A DNA stretch of 64,000 nucleotides from Candidatus Bathyarchaeota archaeon (GTDB taxonomy: Archaea > Thermoproteota > Bathyarchaeia > Bathyarchaeales > Bathycorpusculaceae): assembly GCA_963780185.1 (NCBI GenBank), contig CAWABA010000009.1, positions 64,001 through 128,000 of the forward strand, read 5' to 3'. Below the pieces are notes generated by a model, which had not been told where the DNA came from, did no database searches, and was given only the letters and a program-made list of their open reading frames with translations. This document shows, in pieces, positions 8,966-19,671 of the stretch. A program made the translations under genes and the position numbers. Position 1 is the stretch's first letter; each line of letters begins with the position of its first letter.

Positions 8966-9349
8966 TTGTCTGATTCTCAGAACCAAGCTGTCAAGCTAAC
9001 TCAACAGGAAGAACGGGTTATTGTGAATAAAGGCACCGAAGCGCCCTTCACAGGTAAATACTTCGCTTTTTGGGATAAAGGCACCTACGTCTGCAAACGC
9101 TGCCGCACGCCGCTTTACCGTTCAGAGCGCAAGTTTGAGGCGAACTGCGGGTGGCCAAGCTTCGATGAGGAAATCCCAGGCGCTGTCAAACGGAAGCCTG
9201 ACCCTGACGGGGTTCGCACCGAGATTGAATGCGCTAACTGCGGAGCACACCTTGGACATGTGTTCACAGGCGAGCACTTCACTGAGAAAGACACTAGGCA
9301 TTGCGTTAACAGCATCAGCATGGACTTTATCCCTGACAAGAAAGAGTAG
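8966..9349 (+). CDS. msrB: Methionine-R-sulfoxide reductase
   Basis: GTEAPFTG, CxxC twice, CGWPSF, HLGHVF, RHCVNS; TTG start inferred. Confidence 0.95.
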   Translation: MSDSQNQAVKLTQQEERVIVNKGTEAPFTGKYFAFWDKGTYVCKRCRTPLYRSERKFEANCGWPSFDEEIPGAVKRKPDPDGVRTEIECANCGAHLGHVFTGEHFTEKDTRHCVNSISMDFIPDKKE

Positions 9350-9403
9350 CTGCCACTAAGAAAAAGCAGTGTGGATCCCATTTTTACTTTTGGTTTTTGT
9401 TGT

Positions 9404-9426
9404 AAATAGTAGACCCTCTCCCGTCG
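9404..9426 (+). repeat. Short dispersed repeat C, copy 1
   Basis: AAATAGTAGACCCTCTCCCGTCG matches the reverse complement of 49823-49845 at 22/23. Confidence 0.75.
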
Positions 9427-9660
9427 TCGGTCGGTTTTTGTCTAGGCTTGATTTGGGTTGATTTTTGGTTTTAGGCTGGGATTATTTGAGATGTTGACGT
9501 GTCGGGGCGGTGGGAAAAGAGGGTTTTCCGTTTAGGTTTTTGTAATATTACAAAAGTTTCGCCGCAGCCCATTTGGTGTTGTATCGGGGTTTTTGGGCGG
9601 TGCAATTTTTTAGAAGAGCTTAAAAGCAAACTCCGATAACATGCTGATAGAGACAAAAAA

Positions 9661-10584
9661 ATGTTTACCTGCTTTAAGTTTCTCCAAACCGAGAGCCCGA
9701 ACTTGCCTGAGCAGCCAGCCCCAAATACAAAACGCTCTCGACGCTTCAGAAAGAGATTCTATGTGCCATTAGCCGCCGTAATCGTGATCGTGGCAATCGT
9801 TGGTGCCTTGATGATTCCTCAAGGAGCCGCATCAATACCGCTAACCGTGAGCTACAACGTCGGCGAAAAAATGGTTTACAACACTAAGGACTCCATCGGC
9901 TATTCATTTGCAAACTCGTCTTTATCTAATTTTGGTCTTAATAATTCAACGATGGTTGGACAAGAAACCATGGATGTGTTAAGTTTCGACGGGCAATTCT
10001 ATACTATAAACAACACCGTATCAATGACTGTAATGAACAGACCCCTCAGTGTTTCGATGCTTGAAAAAATGAACAATACAGGCTACTCCGCATTTATTTA
10101 CACATTAGGAAACACCACCGAAGACATCCCTAACGGCTTATTCGATAAAACACAATTTACCCAACTCTTAAATCAGCCCGTCGTTAAAGTTGGCGATTCC
10201 GTCACCATTCCAGTATCCTCCTTAGGAAATTTCTCGACATCAAATATGCACGCCACAGGAGGTTTAACGCTGACGTTCAAGGGAATCCAAAGCCTCACCG
10301 TACCCGCTGGAACGTACAAAGTGTTCAGAGTAGACTTAACCAGCAACATGGCGACGACAATCAAGTTGGCAACATTTTCACAAAATGGGTTTAACTCTTA
10401 TCCTCTGAAATACACAACTGAAACCACCTCATCCAGCATAACGGAACAGATGTACTTTGAATACGGCGCTATGAGGCAAATAGAAACGACAACTCATGGA
10501 ACCTCTATTTTTGAATCCTCAACACAAAACTACACATCCACAATTACAGGCAGCTCCATCCTCAGCCAAGACATCAACCCATAA
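9661..10584 (+). CDS. Membrane-anchored exported Ser/Thr/Asn-rich protein
   Basis: Basic stretch plus TM at the N-terminus, many NxS/T sequons, TVPAGTYKVF beta motif. Confidence 0.75.
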   Translation: MFTCFKFLQTESPNLPEQPAPNTKRSRRFRKRFYVPLAAVIVIVAIVGALMIPQGAASIPLTVSYNVGEKMVYNTKDSIGYSFANSSLSNFGLNNSTMVGQETMDVLSFDGQFYTINNTVSMTVMNRPLSVSMLEKMNNTGYSAFIYTLGNTTEDIPNGLFDKTQFTQLLNQPVVKVGDSVTIPVSSLGNFSTSNMHATGGLTLTFKGIQSLTVPAGTYKVFRVDLTSNMATTIKLATFSQNGFNSYPLKYTTETTSSSITEQMYFEYGAMRQIETTTHGTSIFESSTQNYTSTITGSSILSQDINP

Positions 10585-10696
10585 AAGCCATCATTCTCTT
10601 TTTTCTTGGCATATTCTTGAGAAGAGCAGCTTTTGGTAGAGGGAAACCTAACTACTAAATATTGCAGCCTCCAAGTTAATTGTGGACGCTTAAATT

Positions 10697-11031
10697 ATGA
10701 GCAAAAAAGATTCATCTAATTTCATTGCCAAGGTCTCAAGCCTTGTGGATATGATTAGTTATCAGGAAGGCTCAGTTGTTAGCCGCACTTTAATCGACAA
10801 AAAAGCGGGGACAGTTACCCTTTTCGCGTTCGACCAAAACCAAGGCTTAAGCGAGCACACCGCACCCTACGACGCGTTAGTTTATGTCCTCGACGGCGAA
10901 GTCGAAGTCACAATATCAGGCAAGCCTCTGACGCTCAGGCAGGGAGAAATAACCCTGTTGCCCGCCAACCAACCCCACGCACTCGCAGCCAAAAACGATT
11001 CAAAATGCTCCTCACCATGATAAAATCCTAA
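10697..11031 (+). CDS. Cupin domain protein (frameshift near 3' end)
   Basis: LFAFDQNQGLSEHTAP...PANQPHAL; the family-typical tail FKMLLTMIKS* is restored by +1 in the A-run near 10991. Confidence 0.9.
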
Positions 11032-11645
11032 CCAAAACTGCCGCCCCACCTATCCCTAAAACAGTAATCACCAACCCGCTTCCTTTGCGGTGCCGTTGGC
11101 TCTTCAGCAGGGTACCCCAAAGCAATCAAAGCCTCAGGTTCAACATCTCTAGGAATCCCAAGCGTTTCTCGAATGGTTTCTTTGCAGAAACTCGGTGCAC
11201 AGAACCAGCATGCCCCTAAACCCAAAGAATGAGCCGCCAACAACACGTTCTGCAACGCAGCCGCTAAGCTCTGTAACGCCAAATCCCTCTCCAGCATTTG
11301 CCTTTCAGCATCGGGAAGCATCGCCATGCCCTCCATAGAGAAACACGCAAGAACCAACGCAGGCGCCTCAGCGAACCGTTCAACCCGAAGCCTAACTGTC
11401 TCAGGCTCAACTTTAGCGTCGTCTTTAGCCATGTCTGTAGCCCAAGCCTTCGCCATAGCCTCCGCCAGCCGCCTCTTAACTAGCGGGTCAGATAAAACGA
11501 TGAACCGCCACGGTTGAGCGTTATGCGCCGACGGAGCCCACCCAGCAGCCTCCAAAACCTCCCTGATTAGCTCATCTGAAACGGAGCGGGCTTGATACTT
11601 CCTGACACTGCGCCTCTCCCTAAGATCATCCAACAAAGGTGACAT
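11028..11645 (-). CDS. Nitroreductase family protein (FbiB C-domain-like)
   Basis: RRSVRKY, APSAHNAQPWRF, AHSLGLGACW, LGYP. Confidence 0.9.
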   Translation of the reverse strand: MSPLLDDLRERRSVRKYQARSVSDELIREVLEAAGWAPSAHNAQPWRFIVLSDPLVKRRLAEAMAKAWATDMAKDDAKVEPETVRLRVERFAEAPALVLACFSMEGMAMLPDAERQMLERDLALQSLAAALQNVLLAAHSLGLGACWFCAPSFCKETIRETLGIPRDVEPEALIALGYPAEEPTAPQRKRVGDYCFRDRWGGSFG

Positions 11646-11702
11646 GAAAGATTGTATGTCGGCAACTCTTTTTATCTCTTAAGCAAAAAACATACAGCTT
11701 TG

Positions 11703-12993
11703 TTATTGATGCCTATGTTTCTTAACGTAGATGAGCAAAGTAGCCGCCGCTACGACGACTATTGCGGCTCCCGAAATAACAGCAACGGTTACGGTTGGAA
11801 AGGGTTCGGGCAGTGCAACAATGAAATTGATAGTTTGTGAGGAGCCGACGTTTCCGAATGTGTCGTTGGCGTAGACTATTATGTTATGCGAACCGTTAGA
11901 TAGCCCAGTTATGGTTGTGTTTCCAGATAAGGTTATGTTTTGCTCTCCATCAAGGCTATAGCTTGTCCAATTAAAGGGCTTATTTACTGTGAAGAGTACG
12001 AGAACGCTGGACTCGTGATACGTTTGATTCATCGGTGACAAGAGCGTTATTTTGGGTGAAGTATGCTCTATTGCATAAGCAGGGTTGGGCGTTCCGTAAC
12101 CGATTGGGGTGTATTGTTCGTTTACGTTTGTTGGGCCAAAACCACCAATCGCGTATAAGATATCGTTTGAAACTGCTAGCCCAAAATCAGTTCGCGGTGT
12201 GGGCATGGCTGCGGCTTTTGTCCAACTGTCATTCGCAGGGTTGTATACTTCGTTGACCTTGGAACCCATCACATAAACGTTTATTGGAGCATTAATGCCT
12301 GAAGTTTCCGCAGCAGCACCATCCTGTACATCGGTTTTCAAAGTTTTGTTGTTGACGTTAATCTGCAACAGGGTTGTAGGGTTACCGTTCTGATACCATG
12401 AATATAGGGGAAGTGCTGTTGTGTTGCTCCATGAATCAGTGGTTATATCATAAACCCAGCCAAAACCAATTCCCTTTACGAGAATCAGACCACCAACCGC
12501 TTCTGCCCCAAGGTACATATCTCCTATGGGCATAGGCGCAAGAGTTTGCCAAGAATTCGTAGCTATATCGTAGACCTCGTTGATTGAAGAGATGGCTGGT
12601 CCCCATAAATAATCAGCCGCCGGTTCTTGTTCCCAGCCAATTTGGGCCTCCAATGCAATAAATCTTGCCTTGGTAGGCAGCTATCGCAAAATAACTTCTT
12701 GCAACTGGCATAGGTGCCTTGTAAGTCCAGACACCTGTTGTAATATTGTATTCCTCATTGGTTCCCAAGAAGCCACCTGAGCCCGTACTTGAGGGGTACT
12801 CAGATGTTGCGCCGCCGATAGCATAAACTGCACCATTTACTGCTACAACGCCTAAACCGCCTCTTGCTTGATTCATCGGTGACAGTTTGGTCCATGAATT
12901 CCCTGCCGCAGAGTTCGCAGAAGCAGGGGTAGCCACAAGTATGCATGACGCTATGAATAGGATAGCGAGGGTTAGGGCGAGGGCTTTGCTCAT
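11703..12993 (-). CDS. Secreted Kelch-repeat protein with Ig-like domain and C-terminal anchor (frameshift ~12640)
   Basis: Signal peptide; Kelch repeats (W...PM..AR....A.....IY.IGG); YSLDG...GSHNIIVYANDTFGN; EPFP plus TM plus KKHR. Split over two ORFs. Confidence 0.88.
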
Positions 12994-13039
12994 GCTTTTC
13001 CCGTGAAGTACGATGCTGCCTATTGTGGATTAAAGGGTT

Positions 13040-13095
13040 TTTGTATAGGTTTCTGAACTAAGCGCGGAGAGGGTTAGTCAAGGTTTCTGGACAAA
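13040..13095 (-). promoter_or_regulatory. Tandem operator pair homologous to 8132-8186
   Basis: 13074-13095 is 20/22 and 13040-13061 is 17/22 identical to the 8132 palindrome; 34-bp spacing; directly upstream of CTTTAAT on the minus strand. Confidence 0.7.
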
Positions 13096-13621
13096 CAACG
13101 CGCAGAGCACCGTTTGAGCGCGTTGGGTTCTGTTGGGGTCCAAATTGGCTTTTGGCGGTTGTCCCAGCCAGTTTTCTTATCGGTAAGTCGCCATTAACCT
13201 TAAAGTCGCGTGTGTGACTCGTAATGGGACGAGGGGAGTTGTGTGAGTAGTAATCGGGAAAATAGTTATCGAATAGACATAGGCGCGTTTGGCGCGATTT
13301 CTGTTGAGGCTCCAAGCAAAGAGGAATGTCTTGAACTCTTCAAAGAAGTTACAAGAACCAGAAAAGAATCAAAGATCGAGCAAGCAATCGTTTAGGGTTT
13401 GTTGGGCTCTAAAATAACTTTTAGGGATTGCCCTGCTTCAGCCATCAAACGGAAACCTTCCTGCGCCTCACTCAGCGGAAGCCTATTGCGTAATAATATC
13501 TTTTACGTCAAGCATTTTCGTGGTCAAACCGAAGCGTCTTCAAAAAAGCCGACGTTCTAAAACTTAGAGCTAAATAGGAATATTGGGTAAGTTCAGGCGG
13601 CTGCGGCGGTGATATGTATAA

Positions 13622-14122
13622 ATGAAGAAAGCCCGGGTAGCTTTAGTCTGTGTTGCGGTGATGGTTTTGGCTATTGCAGTTTATTTTCTTGAGCCCCAGG
13701 TTTGGTATCGGCAAGCGACAATTTACCGTTACGAACAGCAGAATGGAAACTGGGCTACCTTCGATTATCTGACCAACTCGACGTCAAACGGAGTCTTCAC
13801 CGACGTCTACTGCCAAAACAGGGGCGCATTCAACTGCAAATTCGATTTGGTGGTTCAGTTGACAGGCGCAACCTTCATCCAAAACAGCTCAAATCCTCAA
13901 ATAAGCCTGCAAAAAGCTGTGCTGCCAGTTAATCTCCGCAGCGGGCAAACACACGACACTCGCCTGTACTTTTCAATCGACCAAAACGTCACAATCTTCA
14001 ATATATCAATCGATGTGAAGCCAAATCAACTGTTCATGCGTTCAACCAACAGCATGTGGGATGGCCAGAACCCTCTGCCCTACTTTGAATCACCCTACGG
14101 GTTTGAAGCAGACCCTTACTAA
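13622..14122 (+). CDS. Exported hypothetical protein
   Basis: N-terminal signal or anchor, 166-aa ORF with NxS/T sequons. Confidence 0.7.
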   Translation: MKKARVALVCVAVMVLAIAVYFLEPQVWYRQATIYRYEQQNGNWATFDYLTNSTSNGVFTDVYCQNRGAFNCKFDLVVQLTGATFIQNSSNPQISLQKAVLPVNLRSGQTHDTRLYFSIDQNVTIFNISIDVKPNQLFMRSTNSMWDGQNPLPYFESPYGFEADPY

Positions 14123-14152
14123 TTACAGAGGTAAAAAAGCCATTTGGCAATC

Positions 14153-15190
14153 TTATGGCTTGTTGGGTTGCAGTATGACTTTTAGTGAATTGCCTGCCTC
14201 AGCCATTAGTCGGAAGCCTTCTTGTGCTTCGGTGAGTGGCAGCTTGTGGGTTATCATGTCTTTGATGTTGAGCTGTTTTGTCGCCAAAACTTTGAGTGAG
14301 TCTTCGAGGTCGTTGGGTGCGGCGCCGTAGCTGGTCTGCATCTTGATTTCGTTTCTCCAGAACTGGTTAATCGGCACGGGCAGCTTCACGGAGGGGTCGG
14401 GTACGGCAAAGAAGAGGATGGTGCCGCCGTTGTCCACGCATTCCATGGCTGACAGCGCCGCGGAGGTGGCGCCTGTGCAGACGATTACTTGGTCGGCTAA
14501 TCTTCCGTCGTTGGCTTCTTTGAGTTGGGCTGGCAAGTTGTCTTTGGCGTTTAGGGCGTGGGTTGCGCCGAATTTTTTGGCAAGCTCCAGCCGATAAGGG
14601 TTAATGTCGGCGACGACGATGTTTTTTAAGCCTTTGAACTTGGCAAGCTGCGCATGCAGGATTCCTGCGATGCCGCTGCCGATAATCAGCACCGTATCGT
14701 CTTTTTTCAAGTCAGCCAAGCGTTGGCCTCGTGAAACACAAGCCAGAGGCTCGATGAAGGTGCCTTCTTCATAGGACATGTCGTCGGGCAGCTTGTAGAT
14801 GCCGAAGTCAATGTTGATTTTTGGAACGCGGATGTACTGGGAGAAGCCGCCGGGGTAATAGTTGGTTGTGTGTAGGGTGTGGCAAGCCGTGTTGAAGCCT
14901 CTTTTGCAGTAACGGCACTTGTTGCATGGTACGTGATGTGAAACGAAAACTCGGTCGCCCACCTTGAGGCTTCGGACTTTGCCGCCGACTTTGTCGATGA
15001 CGCCTGTTGCCTCATGACCCAAAACAAGCGGAGCCTTAGGCACACGGTACCACTCGATTACGTCGCTGCCGCAGATGCCGCTTGCCATAACTTTAAGCAA
15101 CGCCTCATCCTCGCCGATTTGGGGAATCGGCACGTCTTGGATGCGGACATCATGGTTATTGTAGTAGACGGCGGTCAGCACGGTTTTCAC
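14153..15190 (-). CDS. Zinc-dependent medium-chain dehydrogenase (sorbitol/threonine DH-like)
   Basis: GICGSD, GHE, CNKCRYC...C structural Zn site, GSGIAG. Confidence 0.93.
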   Translation of the reverse strand: MKTVLTAVYYNNHDVRIQDVPIPQIGEDEALLKVMASGICGSDVIEWYRVPKAPLVLGHEATGVIDKVGGKVRSLKVGDRVFVSHHVPCNKCRYCKRGFNTACHTLHTTNYYPGGFSQYIRVPKINIDFGIYKLPDDMSYEEGTFIEPLACVSRGQRLADLKKDDTVLIIGSGIAGILHAQLAKFKGLKNIVVADINPYRLELAKKFGATHALNAKDNLPAQLKEANDGRLADQVIVCTGATSAALSAMECVDNGGTILFFAVPDPSVKLPVPINQFWRNEIKMQTSYGAAPNDLEDSLKVLATKQLNIKDMITHKLPLTEAQEGFRLMAEAGNSLKVILQPNKP

Positions 15191-15209
15191 CGAAAAAGAG
15201 TTGTGCTGG

Positions 15210-16004
15210 TTAGGCTTTGCCAGCTTTTACTTGGTTGTAGAGGTCCATTGCTTCCTGCGGAGTGTAGCCGTCGTGGACAACTGCCCTCAACCCCCGTATG
15301 GCTGCGACTGGACACTCGGTTTGCCAAACGTTCCTGCCTAGGTTGACGCCGATTGCGCCTGCCTGCATGCCCGCGTAAACGAAGTCGAAAGTTTCCTTCT
15401 GGGTTTCAGTTTTGGGTCCGCCTGCCATAACCACTGGCACTGGGCATCCCTCGACAACCTTGTGGAAATTCTCGCAGTAGTAGGTTTTGACGACGCGTGC
15501 GCCGATTTCCGCGGAAATTCTGGCTGCAAGCGCTAAGTAGCGTGCTTCGCGTTTTTCAAGTTCTTTCCCAACTGCGGAAACTGCCATAACTGGGATTCCG
15601 TAGTCTTCGCATTCGTCGACGAGTTTTGCCAGGTTGCTTAGGCTTTTGTTTTCGTATTTGCTGCCGACGAACACTGACATCGAGACGGCGGAAGCGTTCA
15701 GCCGAAGGATTTCCTGCATGGATGTGACGATGCTTTCATTAGCTAAATCTTCGCCGACAACGGAGACCGCGCCTGAAACACGCATGATGATGGGTTTCTC
15801 GATTGCGGGGTCAACGCAGTTGCGCAGGATGCCGCGGGTTAACATTAGGGCGTCTGCGTACTGGTAAATCGGTTTGATTGTTTCGCCTGGCTTCTCAAGG
15901 CAATGGGTTGGTCCTTGGAAGTAGCCGTGGTCAACGGGTAAAAAGAGTGCTTTTCCGTCTTTCTGGATAAGTCGGCTTAACCTGTTTTTCATACCCCACT
16001 CCAT
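15210..16004 (-). CDS. lsrF: LsrF-type thiolase / class I aldolase
   Basis: WGMKNRLSR, DHGYFQGPT, AEIGARVVKTYY, CPVPVVMAGGPK, GRNVWQ closely follow LsrF. Confidence 0.85.
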   Translation of the reverse strand: MEWGMKNRLSRLIQKDGKALFLPVDHGYFQGPTHCLEKPGETIKPIYQYADALMLTRGILRNCVDPAIEKPIIMRVSGAVSVVGEDLANESIVTSMQEILRLNASAVSMSVFVGSKYENKSLSNLAKLVDECEDYGIPVMAVSAVGKELEKREARYLALAARISAEIGARVVKTYYCENFHKVVEGCPVPVVMAGGPKTETQKETFDFVYAGMQAGAIGVNLGRNVWQTECPVAAIRGLRAVVHDGYTPQEAMDLYNQVKAGKA

Positions 16005-16428
16005 AATGATTTCTCCGAATGGACTTCTTTACTCTAAGGAATAAATAACCTTTTCCCGCAAGAACCCTACTGCTCTCGGTCGCTTGCCCCTTTAGAATCA
16101 CGTAGATTTTCAGTTGAATTAAATTTTGTCTTTATGGCGACTTAATCTTTCTTGAAGGATTCTTTCCCTCTCTCTTTTTTCAAGCCCAGACAGCAGAGCC
16201 ATCGCCGCAACGGCAGGCAACCGCCCAACTTTTCTCAGCAATTTCATAATGAAGCCTTCCCCTTTGCTCCAAACAAACCTGATGTTACGCGGTATTAAGC
16301 AGTATTTCGATACCTGAAATATTCCAGTTTCAACTAAGAGTTGCTTTTTAGAAGATAGTAATCTGGGTTTTCATTTCGAAATAACCTATAAAAAACCTAA
16401 AAGCGGTCATCGCTGCCCGTCGGTTTCT

Positions 16429-17253
16429 TCATGCACTTATATTGACTCGAGCTGCGGTTTTCTTTCGTTTTATCACGATTGTTGCTGCGGCTGCCGCTGA
16501 AGCTGCAATGACGGATGCCGTGACGGCAAAGAAGAGCGCATTCGATGCGGGTCGAGGCTGAGGGTTTGATGCGGCGGCTGGCGTCGTTTGGTTGGCTGTG
16601 GCTATTGGTGTCGGAGGGGCGGATGTCGGGGCCGATGTAGGGTTTTCATTGGGCTGCGGTAGCGGAACGTAGGTTGGCAGGGTGTCTGGTGGCATGTAAG
16701 CGTTTGCTGTGGATGCGTCGTCTGGGTACCCTTGGTTTTCTGTTGTGCCCAGGAAGTTGTAGTTTACGAGTTGGATTTGGGTGAGGTCACTTATCCATTT
16801 GTAGCCCCAGTTGAGCGGCACAACAAGTTGCAGTCCGCTTATTGGGTTGCTGTTGAATTGGTAAGCGACTATGATGTCGCTGTCTTGCGTCACCAACTGG
16901 ACGGTTAAGTCTGTGCTGTAGCCGTCGGTTGCGAAGAACGCTATTTTGAGGGCGTCTGAGGAAACGTTTGCTTGCTGTAGCAGGTAATTGAGTGGGACGC
17001 CTGTCCAGTTACCTTTTTGTATGGGGCTGGTGGCTGAAGCTACGCAGAATAGTTGGGCGTATTCGGTGGTTTTGGGCATGGCTTGGATGTCGGTGAGGGT
17101 TAGGGTGAGGGGGTTTGCGACGAGTCCTGTGATCGTTAGTTGTCCTGTTTGGTTGGAGGTTTGGGCGTTTGCTGTGGGTAGTTTTGCTCCGTAGGTTATG
17201 AGGGCTAAAGTGGTGAGAATCATTATTGTGATGGTGAAGGTTTTTTTGTTCAT
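16429..17253 (-). CDS. Exported sulfite-oxidase-family molybdopterin-binding protein with C-terminal anchor
   Basis: LTITGLV..P, LFCV (Mo-ligand Cys), WTGVPL, DGYST, VVPLNWGYKWI; Pro/Thr linker plus TM. Confidence 0.85.
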   Translation of the reverse strand: MNKKTFTITIMILTTLALITYGAKLPTANAQTSNQTGQLTITGLVANPLTLTLTDIQAMPKTTEYAQLFCVASATSPIQKGNWTGVPLNYLLQQANVSSDALKIAFFATDGYSTDLTVQLVTQDSDIIVAYQFNSNPISGLQLVVPLNWGYKWISDLTQIQLVNYNFLGTTENQGYPDDASTANAYMPPDTLPTYVPLPQPNENPTSAPTSAPPTPIATANQTTPAAASNPQPRPASNALFFAVTASVIAASAAAAATIVIKRKKTAARVNISA

Positions 17254-17371
17254 TAAATAACCGCGTGGTGCATTCAGTATATGACACGTGGAATATTTAA
17301 GCAGCTAGCAAAAAACAGTTGAGTCACCATCAACCAACTCAGCAATTGACTCACACTGGACCTGCCACTCT

Positions 17372-17587
17372 TCATTTTGAACACGGCTTCAAAATCAAAT
17401 AGCCATGCTCAATGAGCCAGTGATGAAACTGCCAAGTCGTATACAAGCAGCCACTACTGCACCTATGCCTTGTCTGCTCGTAAGCAGGCGAACCCTCTGA
17501 AAGCGCGTTAAGCTCCATCTGAACAGGGCACTTCACGTCCTTGCAGAATTCCCTCCGCTTATACTCTGCGAACCCTTCAACAGTCAT
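17372..17587 (-). CDS. Small Cys/His-rich protein
   Basis: 71 aa: CKDVKCP...CSSGC...FHHWL. Confidence 0.7.
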   Translation of the reverse strand: MTVEGFAEYKRREFCKDVKCPVQMELNALSEGSPAYEQTRHRCSSGCLYTTWQFHHWLIEHGYLILKPCSK

Positions 17588-17672
17588 TTTCCATCGAAGC
17601 CTAACTCGGCTTTAAGCCTAATAAGCCTTGTTTTGAGCATGCTTTTAAGGTGGGTTTTCGATTTGTTGCTGT

Positions 17673-18311
17673 ATGCCTAAGCTTTACCTTTTAGGCGGAG
17701 AAAACATCGTTAAGCGAAGTGCGGTGGAAGTGAATGAGAGGGCTTTCCAGGAGGCAAAAGAGCCTCGGTTCGTGGTTGTTTTCTCTTGGGCGAAAGCGTC
17801 GTTTGACAGGAAATATGAGAAAAGAAAGATGCTCACGGATTACTTCATCAGCCTCGGCGCAGGCTCCGTGGATTTTGTCGAATATTCCGACCCCAGCGAA
17901 GTGATTGCCCAAAAAATAGCTTCGTCAAACCTGATTTACCTAACAGGCGGTTACGTTAACGCGTTGGTTGAGCGCCTCGTAAAGAGGCATGTTGACTCGC
18001 TGCTTCGACATTATCCCGGAGTCATAGTCGGCAGAAGCGCTGGCGCCTTGGCTCTCTGCAAAAAATGCCTAATAACCTGCCACAGCAGCCAAAAAGTCAA
18101 GTTAGTCGAAGGCCTCGGCTTAGCCAACCTCACCTTGAAAGCTCACTACAAACCCCAAAAAGACCCCGCGCTGCTGCGTCTGTCGAAGGGAGAAAAAATC
18201 TATGCGGTTCCCTCACGGTCAGCAATCATTTACTCCGAGGGAGTCTGCTCCGTAATCGGGGAAGCTTACCTTTTTGAGGACGGCCAAAAAACACGGGTTG
18301 TAACTTTCTGA
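17673..18311 (+). CDS. Peptidase S51 / dipeptidase E-like protein
   Basis: IYLTGG, GRSAGA nucleophile elbow, GLGL...AHY. Confidence 0.88.
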   Translation: MPKLYLLGGENIVKRSAVEVNERAFQEAKEPRFVVVFSWAKASFDRKYEKRKMLTDYFISLGAGSVDFVEYSDPSEVIAQKIASSNLIYLTGGYVNALVERLVKRHVDSLLRHYPGVIVGRSAGALALCKKCLITCHSSQKVKLVEGLGLANLTLKAHYKPQKDPALLRLSKGEKIYAVPSRSAIIYSEGVCSVIGEAYLFEDGQKTRVVTF

Positions 18312-18382
18312 GTTCCCGTCATGAGTTGGGTTAAAACTTAAAAGTGAACCCGACTAACGTTTGTCAGGAAGCGTTGGCCTCA

Positions 18383-19272
18383 ATGTCGGTTCCCTCATAC
18401 AATTTGGCTGATGGTTTTGAAGCGTCATACAGTGTTTCTCAGGATGGAAACACAACGGTTGCCGTGAGATGCCGCAAACCCCTCAAATTCCGAGAAATCT
18501 ACGTTGGAACAGGCAGCTTGGCGTTCCGCTGGGTTTCCAGTGGCAAAAGCAGGTCATGGGAGTTTACTCCTTCGCTTGTGGATCCAACGCCTGCTCCGCA
18601 CTCAGAAACCTTAGCGGACGACGGAGTAACCCAGATAGTCACCGTGAACTTAGGCGGCAAGATGTTTCCCGCTTCGGGGCTAGTCGACGTGAACGTGGAC
18701 GGCGAAATCGTTGCGCCCGCAATCCACTTCGACATGCCGCATGCGTATGACCTCTGGGTTTTTCTTCTGCGTTCCCCGTGGTTTCCCCTCAAGATAGCTG
18801 TTGAAAAATCGTCGCTTAACATAGCACATAATATGGCTCAAGCTGCGGCCCAAGTTGACAGCGTCAGCGTGGACGTGGGCGACGAGCAGATGCTCCGCGG
18901 GGAACTGTCAGTTCACGGCGAAGGCTTCACCCGAGTCAGGCTTACAATGCATAGAAGCACAGCAAACGCGTCTCTCGAAGAGCAACTCTGCGAAGTCGCC
19001 GACGGCATGCAGCAGTTCACGTGGAAGCCAGTTACAAGCCGCTTTGACCTCATGCTGGTAACGACTTCGCAGGGAATGTATACGCGTTTGTGGATTTCTT
19101 GAAGTACATGGGGGCGGCGATTGTGCCAGGCAGCTTTTTTGATCGTCCCTCGCTTCAAAGCCCTTTTTTGCTTTCTGACGGCTTAAACATGACTTACCGT
19201 CTGCGGCTAATTGGGGATAAGCATATTTTGGGGCATGAAAAAGACGAAACAGCGGTTACGCTTAAGCCTTAA
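18383..19272 (+). CDS. Hypothetical beta-rich protein (frameshift ~19080)
   Basis: ORFs 18344-19102 and 19090-19272 read as one protein. Confidence 0.55.
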
Positions 19273-19510
19273 GCGGCGGCGCCGTTTTGTTTGCGGTACT
19301 TTGCTGCTAAAATTATTCCTACCAAAACAAGAATCAGGAGTAATGCGCCGAAGAAAGCGAGGGGAATCCCTGAAGGCAGGTTGGTTCTGCAGAACGTTGG
19401 TGGTGGGTATGCCTGCCTAGGTAAGCTGCTAGGAAGATGATTACGAAGACCGCGCCTACTCCCTCGATGGAGAACAATAATGTGGTTAATTTCTTGTCGG
19501 CTAAAGTCAT
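19269..19510 (-). CDS. Small 2-TM membrane protein (several frameshifts; not in ORF track)
   Basis: Manual reading: MTLADKKLTTLLFSI / GVGAVFVIIFLAAYLG / GIPTTNVLQNQPAFR / IPLAFFGALLLILVLVGIILAAKYRKQNGAAA*. Confidence 0.55.
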
Positions 19511-19671
19511 TTTAGAGCCTTCTTTGAAGTGCTAAATAATTAATGTTGGTTTGTATTTAACGTTAACCTTTGCCGCGTCAAGTTGGCAAGCCATAGCATT
19601 CCCGACGCAGCGGTCTAGCCGCAAATGTAATATAGTTTGGGAACCGAGTTTTCTTGCGTTGCGGGTTAAGT

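Noticed and set aside
13096-13600. ncRNA or gene in the 500-bp gap
   Set aside because: Only one 8-bp stem (CAACGCGC/GCGCGTTG), no C/D boxes and no credible ORF identified.
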